DNA from: Eledone cirrhosa
Lineage: Eukaryota
Assembly: GCA_964016885.1 (NCBI GenBank)
Contig: OZ024740.1
Location: 158,162,001 to 158,226,000, forward strand
Reading direction: 5' to 3'
DNA: 64,000 bases
The notes beneath the pieces are model-generated. The model was not told the DNA's origin, ran no database searches, and worked only from the letters and a program-made list of their open reading frames with translations. Of this stretch, positions 1 to 16,230 are shown piece after piece. Numbering within the stretch: the stretch's first letter is position 1; each line of letters begins with the position of its first letter. The translations under genes were made by a program, and so were the position numbers.

Positions 1-544
1 AAAAGCTAAGTTGACCTTTGAACTCCGAACGTAAAATGCCCTTACTAAATACTGCAGGCATTTTTGTCCAATACCCTAATGATACTGCCAATCCAGAAGA
101 ACAGAAATTGGTAGGAGGAGAAATGTAGATTAAATCAACATCAGAACTTTATTGGTAATCCTAATAAAATTCATGATCATGATGATGATTTAAAAAAAAA
201 ATTCTTTCTTTCATTCTAGGATTGCTACGTGATGTATCAGGGACATACAATTACGCTTTCATATTGAATGGATTGCTATTATTAACCAGTGGATTCTTAT
301 TTTCCCTTGAGAGTTGCTCCAAGAAATGGGATAGAAAATTTCAGAATAACTCTAACAATACGTGAAAAAAAAGCAAGAAAAATGTCAGAAAGGAATTGAA
401 AAGTATCCATTGAACGTTTATTTTATTCATTAACTCATCACGTTTTTTTTTAATCCGTAATCACCAAACTTTTTTTTTTCTCATTATCATTCTTTTATTC
501 TTTTAATCTTTCGTTGTTTTAATCTTTCATTATTTTATTTTATT

Positions 545-741
545 GGTGGATCTGCAGTATCGGTAAAGGGTCGGACACCATGCTTTCCAGCATAGAGTTA
601 CGTCCCTTTACAGTATGAGTTCAAATCACGCCGAGGTTAACTTTGCCTTTCATCCTTACGGGGTCGATAAAATAAAGTACCAGTAACGCACTGGGATAAT
701 TGCTGGCTTTGTGCCAAAAGTAGAAACAATTATTATTATTC
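545..741 (+). mobile_element. tRNA-derived SINE
   Basis: A-box-like TGCAGTATCGG, B-box GAGTTCAAATC, central GCCTTTCATCCTTACGGGGTCGATAAAATAAAGTACCAGT, (ATT)n tail; more than 12 copies in the window. Confidence 0.9.
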
Positions 742-1080
742 TTTTTTTTTACTAGCAGTGCCAGTCATTGAAATGATGCAGTATCGACCAAGGCACCACC
801 TTCTAAGAGCTTTTATTTGTCAATAACATCAATCTACACTTCAGTATTTTATTTTTGTCTGGTATTTATTTTATCAATGTCTATTTAGTGAATGGCAATA
901 GTCACGATTTTAACGTTAAGGGGTGGAAGAATTCAACATTATTTGCATCAGTAAATATTAACTCAGACAGAACATAAACCCACACAAACACAAATGTAAA
1001 TAATACATACATGTCATCACACACACACACACACACACACACACAAGTAGAAATATAAGCTTACGCCGTATTTTGACTAC

Positions 1081-1264
1081 CAGACCTGTCAACTCTCTCC
1101 GTCCGACGGGGAGATCTTCCACCCACTTTCGGGTGTCTTCTTTTGTGAAAATGGGTATCACTTTCATTGTGTAAAATCTCCCTATTTTGCCTTATTTCTC
1201 CCCGCTTTCGGGCACTCTTTTTCATGGTACTCCCCGTTTGGGCTTTTAGAGGTTGGCAGGTCTG
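1081..1264. mobile_element. MITE (hAT-like TIRs) with 6-bp TSD
   Basis: TIR CAGACCTGTCAACTCT / AGAGGTTGGCAGGTCTG; GACTAC directly repeated on both flanks. Confidence 0.75.
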
Positions 1265-1371
1265 GACTACAAAAGTAATCATTGATTAATTAACACAAAA
1301 TGATGATTATACATGTATCTATGTTCTCTCTTTCTCTTAATTTTTAGTCTATTTTTTCCTAACTAGTTGTG

Positions 1372-1477
1372 TTCTTTCTGTTCGTGTGAAATCCAGCTTC
1401 TCAAGATTTGTATTGAGGCAGTTACTAACATATCCCAGTGCCCCAATAATCACAGGCATAAATCTGAAAGTATAGTA
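1372..1477 (-). pseudogene. Fragment of R4/Dong-type RLE endonuclease
   Basis: Minus strand reads YTFRFMPVIIGALGYVSNCLNTNLEKL, matching the PVVVGALG motif of the ORF at 56037-56468. Confidence 0.55.
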
Positions 1478-1642
1478 TGCATGTATGTATGTTTTCTCTT
1501 TCTCTTAATTTCGAGTATATTTTTTTGACCGGCCACCTTCCTGGTGGCAAGGTTGTAAAAGAAAAGAAATTGTCATCCCTTGAATCGCAAGAATGTTTTG
1601 CAAATTTTGAAGGTGCCAGCTATCGCAGCCATTTGTAGACTA

Positions 1643-1688
<46 letters not shown>

Positions 1689-2281
1689 CATCATCATCAT
1701 TTAATGTCTATCTTCCACGCTCGCATGGGTTATATATATATATATATATGGTCTCAACTAGTAAGATCTCATATATATATATATATATATGAATGACATG
1801 TTACTAGTTGTACCAGTAAGACCATTGTTCCACTTAATATCCCATACTTAAGGAAAATAGAATGTAGATAATATTATAGGATATCATTTCTGATAGTCAA
1901 GTTTAAACCATTTCGATTGCTAAAATGAAAAATTAATCAGATTGAGTTAACTTCATCCAAGTCTACCTCTTCAGGTAGAAGAGCTATACCTTGATTGACA
2001 GGTTGGGGAAGGTACATTGTGGAAGCCAATTGTATTTTATTAGTCTGTGATGCTGTGGAGATAGTATATTAATGTAATTGTGCCTCCACCTGACTAGAAT
2101 CTGTGTCTGTGCGTTGTTTTAATTCAGTTTTTATTGTCTTTTGAGTAATGTTGAAAGAGTTTAAGCTTGACCATGAGATATTATATCCTATCACACACAC
2201 ACACATATATATATTAGTCTCATTGTGAATTGGGAAAAAAAGGCAGGGTCCATGACTCTTTATATTTTTAAGGCCTCTGAA

Positions 2282-2362
2282 ACCACTGGAAGGAAGTTAT
2301 CTTTAAATCAGAGACCTGGTTCAAGGGTTTGCAATTAAAGGACCCCAAAACCAGGTGGTGGT
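2282..2362 (+). ncRNA. Decayed hammerhead ribozyme remnant
   Basis: ACCAC/GTGGT stem I and CTTTAA/TTAAAG in stem II, but both core boxes are mutated (CTGGAAG, AAAAC). Confidence 0.3.
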
Positions 2363-2433
2363 GTTAAACTAAGTGACATTTGCCCCAAATGAGAAAATGA
2401 TATAAGATCAGCAGTCATGGTATGGATTTTTTG

Positions 2434-2520
2434 GTATGTATGTATGTATGTATGTATGTATGTATGTATGTATGTATGTATGTATGTATGTATGTATGTA
2501 TCTATGTATGTATTATGTAT
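2434..2520. repeat. (TATG)n microsatellite
   Basis: Direct reading. Confidence 0.95.
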
Positions 2521-5500
2521 ATTTGTTTGTATGTATGTATTATCTCTTTACATTGGGAGTTGAATGCCCGAATTAATTTTGATTTCCATCATTCTGGGTA
2601 GGAACAAAATAAACTACCTTGCAAACACTAGGCTGATATGACATGCTTTCCTCAAAAGGTTAGAACATGTACCTCTGTAAATCATTGTTCATAGTTCAAA
2701 TCTAGTTTTCATTTTTTGTTTATTGTTTTGTCTATACAACGAATCAATATTGTATTAATGTCAGTTAGATCCCCTGTACTGACACAGTATAGCCTAATCA
2801 TTGAGAAGTTCGTTTCGTAATCATGGGTTTCCAGTTTTCCTTCAACTGCGTGATGTTTTGAGCCATTGTGGTTCAATCCAAACTTGTAAGGAAAATTGGG
2901 TAGATGGAAACTGTTTGGAAGCTCGCCAAATGGACCGTACTTGCAATTCGAAGGGCCAACCCTGTCACACTGTCTCATGATGAATATCCCTGAGAATTAC
3001 ACTAACATACACGAGTCTGTGGAATACTCAGCCACTAACACGTTGACTTAAGGAGTAGGACACTCCGTTGACCGAACAACTGGAAAACCCATTATCAAAA
3101 TATACATAAATTCATTCTCCTTTCCCCAAGAAAAATATTTTTCTAAACCCCCTCTCTGCATGATTGAAAGAAATTAACATCATGTTTCACCGAGACAGCC
3201 ATGATACTAACTAAATGTAGAATTCTTATTCGAAACTAGGTTCAAACGCGACCCAGATCCATTTTTTAAATATATTTTGTTAAGCTTATAATTCTGTGAT
3301 TAATGAAATAAGTACATTAAATACCATTCAAATAATGGGATTGGTTTAGTCAAGTACACTATTTCCGAAAACAATTGTGACCATGTATTTATATTAGATC
3401 TTTGTTTAAAGATGAGTTGGGGAGAAACTATTCTCATTTAATTGCATTTTCCACGAGGGTGATATCACTGCTCAGCCTATCTTAAACCGGAAACCTGGTG
3501 CAGTCGGCAACTAACCCAGGTTCGGCTGCACGTCGGACTGAGGAGGCCAAACACTCCAAGTATCGGTCGCTCTCCGACAGGTTCGCGGTCGTGCCCTTGG
3601 CAGTGGAGAGTTCTGGTGTCCCCTAGCCGCACGTGTGAGCCTCGTGAGTTGGAATGGCTCTTGCAGCGCATCTCCCTTACCATCCTCCGGGGAAACGCCT
3701 TCTCTATTCTGTCCGCCGGGGCTGTGGTGAGGCCAGCACGTGGGACCCCATTTGTTCACCATACGGAGAGATGGGGAGGGCGAGAGAGTTGGAGGCGATG
3801 ACAGTGGGAGTTCGGCTGTTCTTTCATGTTTACTTAAGTTACTGTTTCCTTGTTCATTGATTAACATGAATATATCACCGAAAACAGTTTTATTTTGGGT
3901 TACACTCGTGTCACAATCCCTGGTAATAACGATATTTCAGAACTTCCGCTTTATTTAAAAAGTTCACGATTCTGCGTTGCTGCTAATGCTGCTGTTAGTA
4001 CTCTTGTTGTTGTTGTTTTTTATCCTCCTCACATCAGCCATTCTTGAACTCCCCTATGATGACAGACATTCCATTCTTGATCATCCCGTCTTTTCGCAGA
4101 TCTACGACAACCTTGTTTAATGTGTCTCTTCTGTTTTAAGGTATGCTGTAATTTGTGGCAATTCGACTGCTATTTCCGGGGTTCTCTCATTTAATAGACG
4201 GGCAGGGGAAAACAAAATAGTACATTTTATTTTTCATTTATATTAAAATTTAAAGATATTGCGCGTGAGAAGTACCAATGGCCTCACCAGACCATACTCC
4301 TTTATGTTCAACATAAAGACATAATCATAACCAGTATAATCCATTCAACGGTAAATTCGTGAGATTGTAGTTATGTTTCTACATGAAATCAATAATTCAT
4401 TATAACGTGCAACAAAAGAGAAAACATAATAAAACAAACAAAATTTCTCTTTCTTCAAGGTACATGTAATATGAGAGAGATTTTCAGTTTCCATTTTCTT
4501 TTCTTTTTTTTTTTTTTTCAGTATTGAATTTTTACAGTTATTTGTAATTATGTCAACTTTGAACTTTTCATTGAAAATAAAAATAAATAAAATAAGAATT
4601 AGAGACAAAACCGTTTTGATTACTTTCATTTTTGTTTTTAATGGTGACTTTGATATTGGCAAAGAATATTTATACACCATAAGAATGCCAAAAATATTGC
4701 AATTTTACCAGATGAAAACATCATGTCACATGATACATGCAAGGGTATTATCAGCAAAAACAACAACTCTTTTGTTAACGATACTGGCTAAAGAGAGGTG
4801 TAAACATTACTCAGTTACCAGACATCAAAGAACATAATCTAAGGTGTTCTTTTTTATTTTAAATTGTTGTGCTATTTCTAGCCAGTCACGTAACCGCATA
4901 GATGCTCCTTCCCTGTACCATATAGTTTGTATTTCGTTAAAATGAAATCATTTTGGTAAATCTAACACCTTCAATTAATCTCAGTGAATTATTATTGCTG
5001 CTTTTTAATATGTGTACATTCATCATTTCTACACATGTACCTTATTGTAGATATTCTTTATGATCCTCTTAGCTCTAATTTGACACATACGACAAAGTTC
5101 ATACTTCACTGAGAATTGATAATAAGTCTGAAACACACTGGAAGTTGTCTCCCGTACACGTTTAAATGGGTTAAATAATCATTTATTTTTTTAAGATAGA
5201 AAGAAAATCAGAAATCTTTGAAAAGAAAACAAATCGAAAACGTCTATCCAAATACTTGACTGGTACTTTATTTTATCGATCCTGGAAAGATGAAAGGCAG
5301 GATCGACAGATAAACGGTAGAAAAGATATATTTGAATTCAGAACTCAGAACGTAAAGAGCTATAATTAATAACCTCGAAGTATTTTGTCTGATGCTGTAA
5401 TGATTCAACCAATCCACCACTCTAAATAAATATTTCGTACATAGGCTCAAGGCCATACATTTTTTGTGGTTGGGGAAGTTGTTTGATTTAATGGATACCA

Positions 5501-7104
5501 GTACTTCACTGGCACTGTTTTCTTGGCCTTGGAAGTATGAAAGATAAAGTAAACCCCGATGGGATTTGAACAAAAGACTTAATGATTCGAGTCATATACC
5601 ACAAAACAATTTGTCCAATGTTGTAACGATTCTGTCTATACAATACCATAAATGAATTAAATAATACTAGTAATTGAGATAATGTTATCTCTTCCTCGGC
5701 ACATAAGTATTTCTAATTAAGGTTTTGATGATCACTACATTGTCTGTATAGACCCGCAACGCAGGAGCACCTTTATGATATACATTTTAAACCTGGCGGT
5801 TAATATCATCTTTCTTTTCTATGCGAGTGTTCTCAATGATTTTCATTTTAATGCACGATAAACACATTGGTCTGATATTTTTAGTTTTGTCTTCATAAAT
5901 TCTAGGTTCAAATGAAACTATGGTCAGCCTTTCCTGCCAATCAGGTGCAATATATATTCTATGATTGATCGGTTGAATTGACCGTAAATAAATACATCTC
6001 TCTTATAAAATTCTAAATTTATTTATTTGTTTGATATTTTAAATTAGCATAACATTCAATCATGGCAATTAGTTTTTAAAATTCCCCAACACTCACACCC
6101 AAAATTTAAAAAGAAAATAACAAAAAGAAATAAAGAAAAACAATTAAAAAAAAAACATTTTTTAATGAAAATAAAAAAAAAATACGTAAGAGCAAAACTG
6201 TTGACAGTCTAAACGGCTGGAAAATTGAACAAGAATTACTAATTTAATAATAATTACACGATAATTAATTTCTGATCCTTAGAATCGTTAAAGCGATGGA
6301 TAACATTCCAGGCGGTATATGTTCCAGCTATTTAAGTGTTCAGTCCACAATGAAGACACTGGCGCCATATTGCATTGACCCTTACTCTTTCCTTGAACAA
6401 AATGGGCAAAGATGAAACGTACTGCATTGGCAACTGCTAGTCTTTCATATAAAAAGAAACTTGCCAAGCATGCGCTGTTGAGAGGGACTTTCCAGGTGTA
6501 CATACATGGCCATCTCTAACCGAACCTTAGAATTTCTTATATCCCTCATCTCTCTCTCTCCCTCTCTCTCTCTTTCGCACACATACATTTATACATATAT
6601 ACATACATTCATACATACATTATTTAATCAAAGAAGTATGACCTAACAGGAATGTAACTGCTTCGGCATATATCGTATCTCATTTGCGACCGAATGGAAT
6701 ATAACAATTGGAAATCCACACATTTATATCTAGGCCAAAGTAAAAAATAAAATTAAAAAATATCTCTAAAAACACAGAACAAAGAAAGAATAAACAAATA
6801 GAAATTAAATAAATAAATAAATAAATAAATAAACAAATGTCACAAGGAAGAACATGACTAACGAGGTGGGAAACTTCAGCGGAATAATATTTTTCATAGG
6901 CTGTACCGAAACTAGCTGTCAGTATTTTGAAAGCAATTTATAACCGTCAAATCAGACAAGAATATAAGGATTGATTGACAGCTATCGCGGGAATGTCAAC
7001 CCAAATCTACAATTCACTGAAAAGACAGGAATGCAAAAATTATAATAGAAAACTTATAACATATATTAAATATATTTTTCTATAGTTTAAAGATAAAGAG
7101 GCAT

Positions 7105-8564
<1,460 letters not shown>

Positions 8565-9349
8565 GAATAATCGAGAATCGGAATATCAGCCGCCCACGAA
8601 ATCACGATAAACAATATCCGATATGTGTGGCAGAGGGCTCAATAATTTGGATAAATCAGAGCTATAACTATCGTTAAAATACCAACACATAGAGATCATG
8701 CCTAAAATCACCCGTGCAGCCGAAAAAGAACGACCAGGAAGATTCGGGTCACTCAAATAAAATATCAATAAATTAATAAATTAAATGAATGTAAAAAACT
8801 CACCCGGACCCGCTAGAAAGATGTTAAATCTAGCTTCTTGGGTTTCTGCAATTCCTTAATCCAATCACTATCAGCCCACATAAAAAATATATAAAACTTC
8901 TAGAGAAGGGATGAACGCGGAAAGGCTTCATCAACGAGTATTTCGCCCAATAATACAGAGGGGACCCAAAGCCAAACGCACATGGTATTCAGCAAGGGAG
9001 GGAACCCCTATATTAGCGAAAGAATTCGGTGATGTGTAAATTATGTAAGAATACAAATTATCACATATCAAATCAGAGTGCTCAACAGACGTGTTAAAAT
9101 AAACAAGAGCTATTCATCAGTCAATAAGATCAACAAAAAAAAATCATCAATAAAATTAACTGGTCAATAGCTATATATATATATATTCAGGTTTGAGGAT
9201 CACCACTGGATAGAGCTGGTCAATTCCGTATGGTCAATCTCAATGTAATAATATGGAGAGTACTCAACGTAAAGCAGTTCAACCGTCTTTGTTTTTGTAG
9301 TTGGTGGTGCTAGTACGGAGTTAAATATTATAATATATATATAAGCAAA

Positions 9350-10201
9350 CGGGATATTTAATTTGTTGGTAATTCAACAAATATAAATGTTTATAACTGA
9401 TTCGATGTATAACTTGTATGATAAACTATATAACTTCGCTAAATTAACAATATTCTGGAAACATTTTCAATGTTGGAACAAAATATTTGAATCTAAAAAT
9501 TGTTCTCCTCTTACAACTTGAACTACATCTTTTTCTTAAACTTTTTTTATATAAAATGTAACATCAACACTCTTCGTAACTCATGAAAAATATTAACAAA
9601 TACTTGTGGTTTATTTCTATAAAATCATCAATAATACTTATACTTGCACAATTGTTAATCTATATAGATATTTATATACTTACAACCTATTGTAATTTAA
9701 TAAGATAAAATGTTTTACTTCATATAATCTAATTATTTATATATACAATATTATAACTCATAATATAGCTAAATAATTTTTTTAAATTCTGGAACCATAT
9801 TCCCCCATTCCTACAAACTGTTAATTCTTTATAAATTAACGTAAATACAAGCCGTTCTTTCTTTCCCTTTCTTCTTCCTATACATACATAAATATATCCT
9901 AATAATTAGTTAAATCTACCTAGTGTCTAAAAATAACGTTTTTTTCAGCCCTATACCTCAACCTCATTTGCATACTCATCTTAATAATTTGAAATGTTTG
10001 ACTTTTCTTCTCTTTCCCTTCTTTCCTTTAATATCCAGGAAAAACTTGAACCGTTAAGTTCTTCTTGGTTATGTCAATATTTATGAAACAAACTTTGTAT
10101 TTTATCTGATGAGAGGGTATCAAAGTTTTGGTTCCCTTGAAATATATATAATAGAATAAATATGGTTTTATAAATATAGTTTCCATTTATTTAATATCAT
10201 T

Positions 10202-10205
<4 letters not shown>
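9350..10205 (+). mobile_element. Highly decayed 3' end of a Penelope-like element
   Basis: Weak GIY-YIG-like residue (NNTYTCTIVNL near 9629), then an HHR and (TA)n; 3' end shared with 43857-43929. Confidence 0.4.
10098..10158 (+). ncRNA. Minimal type I hammerhead ribozyme
   Basis: ATTTTAT-CTGATGA-GAGGG...CCCTT-GAAA-TATATA-TA-ATAGAAT; stems I and II pair; palindromic stem III. Confidence 0.85.
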
Positions 10206-10267
<62 letters not shown>

Positions 10268-10305
10268 GTATATATATATGTATATATATCTATATATATA
10301 TCTAT

Positions 10306-11148
10306 ATAAAATATTAAACAAATAATGAATAAACAATGAAACAGTTCCTTATATTAAACAAAAAAAGTTCATTATTTAACGATCGTTTCTAGGATATATA
10401 TGTGTTAGAATTGGCATGCATATTCAACAGATCTATGTACAAAATTATACAAAATTATACAAACTATCAAGATTAAATATACATACCAACACATATATAC
10501 ACCGTCTTCAGAAATAATGAAATATATTTATTGATAATAACAACAATTCAAAATTTCAGGTCCGTTTGGGAACAAAATTGACCAATGAAAATACAAAAGG
10601 TTTAATGCAGTTCGGTGTGTGTATATACATGTAACTACCCTTACACATATTTTACAAAAATGTATGCACAACTTGTATACGCATACCAAAAGGATGGATG
10701 CAAATACAAAATTTCAAGGTTAATGTCTCTGTAAGTTTATAATGCACAGATAAGATGCGTATAGACACATAAATATGAAATAAGTGTATACACATATTTT
10801 CATACTCACACATATCCGTACAATCACACACACACGCGCGTATATGCATAAACATACACATAACTACGAACATACAAACACACACACACCCCCACTCACA
10901 TATATATATGTGGATATAAAATCCTAAGCACATGGATATTAATTCACTCACATAAACACTGGCACACACATTTAGATCAAGATACAGAAATTAGGTGGGA
11001 GGGGGGGAGAGGTCAGTATTCAACGGTTTGGGCAGACTGCTTAATATAGATGTATCTATAAACTAAGAAAATAAAAATAATAAATAATAAATAAACATTA
11101 AAAAGGAAAGAAAAGAAAAAGAAAAAAAGAAAAAAGAAATATATCAAG

Positions 11149-11198
<50 letters not shown>

Positions 11199-11348
11199 CA
11201 CATATATACACACATACATATATATATACACACACATACAAACACATACATACATATACACACATCCACACTTAGAACATACATACACACACATATATAA
11301 ACATATACATATACACACATACATACATATACACACATACATATAAAT

Positions 11349-11417
<69 letters not shown>

Positions 11418-11722
11418 CATACATACACATATAATCACACATACTATATAGACACACATATATATACACACATACACGCACATATACATACACTTACATA
11501 CTTATATACATACAGATATACACATACATACCTATATATACACACAAATACATACAGACATACATACATACATACAGACAAATACTTACGCATCTATATA
11601 TCGGTATATACATACAAACACCACTACACTCTCACACAACACAGACATACAAAGAAAAAGGTATATACCTATACAGATATACATATACAAATAGAGAAAC
11701 ATATACATATATATATATATAT

Positions 11723-11757
<35 letters not shown>

Positions 11758-11915
11758 CATATACATACACATATACACACACACACATACATACACATAC
11801 ATACATGTACACACACATACACCTACACGAACATACACATACACATATATAAAGATATATATACACACAGACACACACATACACACACACACATATATAT
11901 AAAAAAAAAAAATAA

Positions 11916-11964
<49 letters not shown>

Positions 11965-12291
11965 CATATACATACACACATACATAGACATATATGTACA
12001 TACATACACATACATAGATGCATACACACACATACATACATATATATATACACACATAGACATATACATACATACACACACAACATACATACACACATAT
12101 ATACTCATACATAGAATTAGATATATAATCATACATACATACGCACTTACATATACTCATATATACAAATACATACGCATCCATATATGCGTATATACAT
12201 AGAAACACCACTACACCCTCACCCAACTCAGACATACAAAGAAAAAGGCATATACATATACATATATACACGCATTAATAGAGATATATAT

Positions 12292-12330
<39 letters not shown>

Positions 12331-12545
12331 CACTTATATATATATACCCACACACACATACAACCATAAATACACATACAAACACCCACATATACATATA
12401 TATACACATATATATATATATACACACACATAAAAAACAGACATGCACATATATATTTTTTTACACATATATATACACATATATATACATATACACACCC
12501 TCACATATACACACATACACATAAGTTATATTATAATAATAAATA

Positions 12546-12604
<59 letters not shown>

Positions 12605-12675
12605 CGAATATAGACATATATACACACATAGATATACATATACATATATATACACATACATATACACACACACAT
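10306..12675 (-). repeat. Left arm of long inverted repeat (inverted copy of the PLE 3' region)
   Basis: Reverse complement of 15843-18278; the ORF track shows the same 105-aa ORF at 10652..10969(-) and 17615..17932(+). Confidence 0.95.
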
Positions 12676-12917
12676 TTAAGGAAAGTTCTAATATGTTTTT
12701 TGTTTTTTTCAATTTCTGAAAGGCTAAGGTTGTTAGAAAGAAGAAGACAGTCATCACGATATAAACCACCTTTGAGGTGGGGAAAGGAGGCATTTATGTT
12801 GAAAAGGAGAAAGAGGCCCACAAGATCAGTAATTTGGGCGGAATCGCTTGAACCCATAGTAATATCAAATAGATTACTATATGTGTTTCTGGTCCAGTAT
12901 TCATTCTGAAGACTATT
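12675..12917 (-). pseudogene. Inverted RT core segment of the Penelope-like element
   Basis: FDITMGSSDSAQITDLVGLF...GLYRDD...IRTFLK. Confidence 0.9.
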
Positions 12918-12919
12918 CA

Positions 12920-14245
12920 TTTAAAGACTATTATAATCTTAATATTACTTTTGAAAAAACAAGTAAAGTAGTAAATTTCCTAGATATAACTTTAGATTTA
13001 GCTACGGGTATCTATCAACCTTACCATAAACCAAACCAAAACTTACATTACATACACTCACAATCTAATCACCCTAAATCTATCCTTAAAAACCTTGCAT
13101 ATAATATATCACTTAGAATTTCTAACCTTTCTTCTAACCAAGATGTATTTGATAAAAATGCGACCTTCTATAACGAAGCTCTAGATAGAAGTGGCCACAA
13201 AAATAGATTAGAATATATACCTTCTACTAAAAATACTGAAAGCATACAACCTAATATTACCAACAAACACCAAATGAAAAGTACACACCTAAATGCCACC
13301 CACACTATACCCCAAAATACCAAATCTTCTAATATAAAGTATAGTAACTCTCAAAAAACTACTCATCATACAACTCTAATAAATATTAATAATAAAACTC
13401 CTAATAAAAAGGATAAAACACCTAAATCTACAAATATAACTAAAAATGGTTGTGGTGAGATCATTAACATTAATCCTCCTAGTAAAAATCACGATACAAC
13501 CTATAAAAATAATAAAAATAATAAACAACATAGAAACCGTAATAGACGGGTTACTTGATATAATGCTCCATTTAATTTACAAATTAAGGATAATATTGCT
13601 AAAAAATTTTTTTATATCCTAGAGAAAAACTTCCCGCCAAACCACAAATACCATCAAATCTTAAATAGGTCTACAGTTAAATTCTCATACTCTACAACAA
13701 ATAACATAAAACAAAATATAAGTGCCTATAATGCATATAAATGTAAGAAAACCATAAGTATACCACCAGTACATCAAATTAACCATAATATCTCCTCAAA
13801 TACAGAATTAACGAAAGGTTGTAACTGTAGAAACAAAGCAAACTGCCCATTAAAAGGGAATTGTCTTGTTAACAACATAGTCTATAAATGTAATGTTAAA
13901 ACTAAAGATTCTATTTGCTCATATATAGGAGCTACCTCTAACAATTTTAAGACAAGGTTTAATACCCACAAGCATAGTTTTAAAAATGCCGCACTGGCTA
14001 ATACAACATCTCTAGCAGAAAAAATCAATAGTTATAAAAATAAGAATATAGAATATGATTTGACCTGGAGTGTGCTCAAAAGAGCCACCCCTTATCAAAA
14101 TAATAGAAATGAATGTAGATTATGTTCCCAAGAACTATTTGAAATAATGAAATCTAAGGATATCCTATTAAATAAACGACAGGAATTGATTATATCGTGT
14201 AATCATAAACTAAAAAAAACATTTAAATATTATAAACCTAATTAA
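12920..14245 (+). pseudogene. Penelope-like RT C-terminal half + GIY-YIG endonuclease (disrupted)
   Basis: NFLDITLDL, YIHSQSNHP, T*YNAPF (TGA at 13556), CNCRNKANCPLKGNC, IVYKC...YIGAT...FKTRFNTH, CRLC..E, LN.R.E....CNH. Confidence 0.9.
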
Positions 14246-15567
14246 TAACATTATTTTAGAAATTAATTTAATTTAAATGTTAGTTAACCTATAAATTTAA
14301 TTTAATTAAAATTCTATTACAGATGAGATTATAAAATATTATGTAATCATAAATTGTGAAAAAACCTTTAAATATTACTAATATATACTTAGTAATTTAA
14401 TTTATAGATTAATTTTAATTTATTTAAACCTTTTATTATAATTCTTTTACAGATAAAATATAACAAAATATCGTGTATCCAATGACAGAGAAATAATTTT
14501 TAGTATTATAGACCTAATTAATATACATTTTAGAAATATATTTATAATTTGGTTTTAATTTTAGTCAACCTAAAAATTTAATTTAATTGGCTTAAAATTA
14601 GTATCCTTATACAGACGAATTGCAGAATGTCATGTAATCATAGAATGGGATGTGTTTTGGATATATACCTAGTTAATATATTCTTTGCAATTTTTGAAAA
14701 AATATGTATATGTATATGTGTATGTGTATGTGTATGTGTGTGTATATGTGTATATATGTATGTATATATGTATATATATGTATATATATATGTGTATGCA
14801 TATGTATATGTATATGTATTAATTTTGATTTCTATTTGCATATAATTATATTCTGCTATTGATAAAATACAATATCTGTTTTATTTATTATATACCTAAT
14901 TAACATATACTATAGAAATAAATATATAATTTTTAATTTAGTTAACCTATAATTTATATTCTACTACCGATGTAATACTTTATTTGTTTTTTCCCTATTA
15001 CTAAATTCATTTCCTAATATTGATACCATAACGTTATTAACTTTAATTTAGTTATACTATAATTAATACTCTACTACTATTTAACTTCAAAATTCTGCTT
15101 CAAATATTATAAACCTAACTAATTTACACCTTAGAAATCAATATGTTAACTATCTTTAGTTTAGTTAACATATAATTAATGGTATACTTATTTATTTTGA
15201 AATGCATAAATTTTGCCTTATTTCTTGTTTATTGTATTTCCTAACACTGAAACTATGTAAAAAAGCATACATTGGATCCAGATACGGATAATATTCTATG
15301 TTTCTTGAAACATATATTTACTATAATCCCCTTCTCCAACCCCCCCCCCCCATTCCCCCATACTATTATCATCTGTGTTTGTAAGCGTGTATGTATGAAT
15401 ATATATGTAGGTAGGTGTATATATGTTTGGGTATTTATATCTGAATATAAAAATACATATATGCGCATGCAAATAAGAATGTAAGATTGTGTGTGTATAT
15501 ATATGTGGGTATGTATGTGTATATGTGTATATATGCATGTGTATATATATGTGTATGTGTATGTGTG

Positions 15568-15662
<95 letters not shown>

Positions 15663-15842
15663 ATGTATGTATGTATATGTGTGTGTGTATATATATGTAC
15701 GTCTCTCTATTTATATGTCTATCTTCGTATCTATGTGGATATATGTGTGTGTGTGCATGTATACACATATATGTGTTTATGTGTATATGTGTATATGTGT
15801 ATATATGTGTGTGAGCACACACATATATATGTGAGTGTGTAT

Positions 15843-15913
15843 ATGTGTGTGTGTATATGTATGTGTATATATATGTATATGTATATCTATGTGTGTATAT
15901 ATGTCTATATTCG

Positions 15914-15974
<61 letters not shown>

Positions 15975-16189
15975 TATTTATTATTATAATATAACTTATG
16001 TGTATGTGTGTATATGTGAGGGTGTGTATATGTATATATATGTGTATATATATGTGTAAAAAAATATATATGTGCATGTCTGTTTTTTATGTGTGTGTAT
16101 ATATATATATATGTGTATATATATGTATATGTGGGTGTTTGTATGTGTAATTATGGTTGTATGTGTGTGTGGGTATATATATATAAGTG

Positions 16190-16230
<41 letters not shown>

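Noticed and set aside
545-640. SINE heads as tRNA genes
   Set aside because: A and B boxes only, no cloverleaf, and always attached to the SINE body
958-1282. Minus-strand ORFs with apparent splice signals, considered as a host exon
   Set aside because: They lie within a TIR-bounded MITE with a TSD
2709-2990. 89-aa ORF with a plausible splice acceptor
   Set aside because: No recognisable domain and no partner exons; cannot be supported without a homology search
3480-3810. GC-rich island with several short ORFs
   Set aside because: No recognisable motif; likely a transposon remnant but cannot be assigned
6850-6925. CTAACGA...ACC-GAAACTAGCTGTC as a hammerhead
   Set aside because: Core mutated and no convincing stem I
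13556-13558. In-frame TGA in the PLE ORF as selenocysteine recoding
   Set aside because: It falls at the conserved Trp of W(F/Y)NxPF, so a TGG-to-TGA nonsense mutation is the simpler explanation
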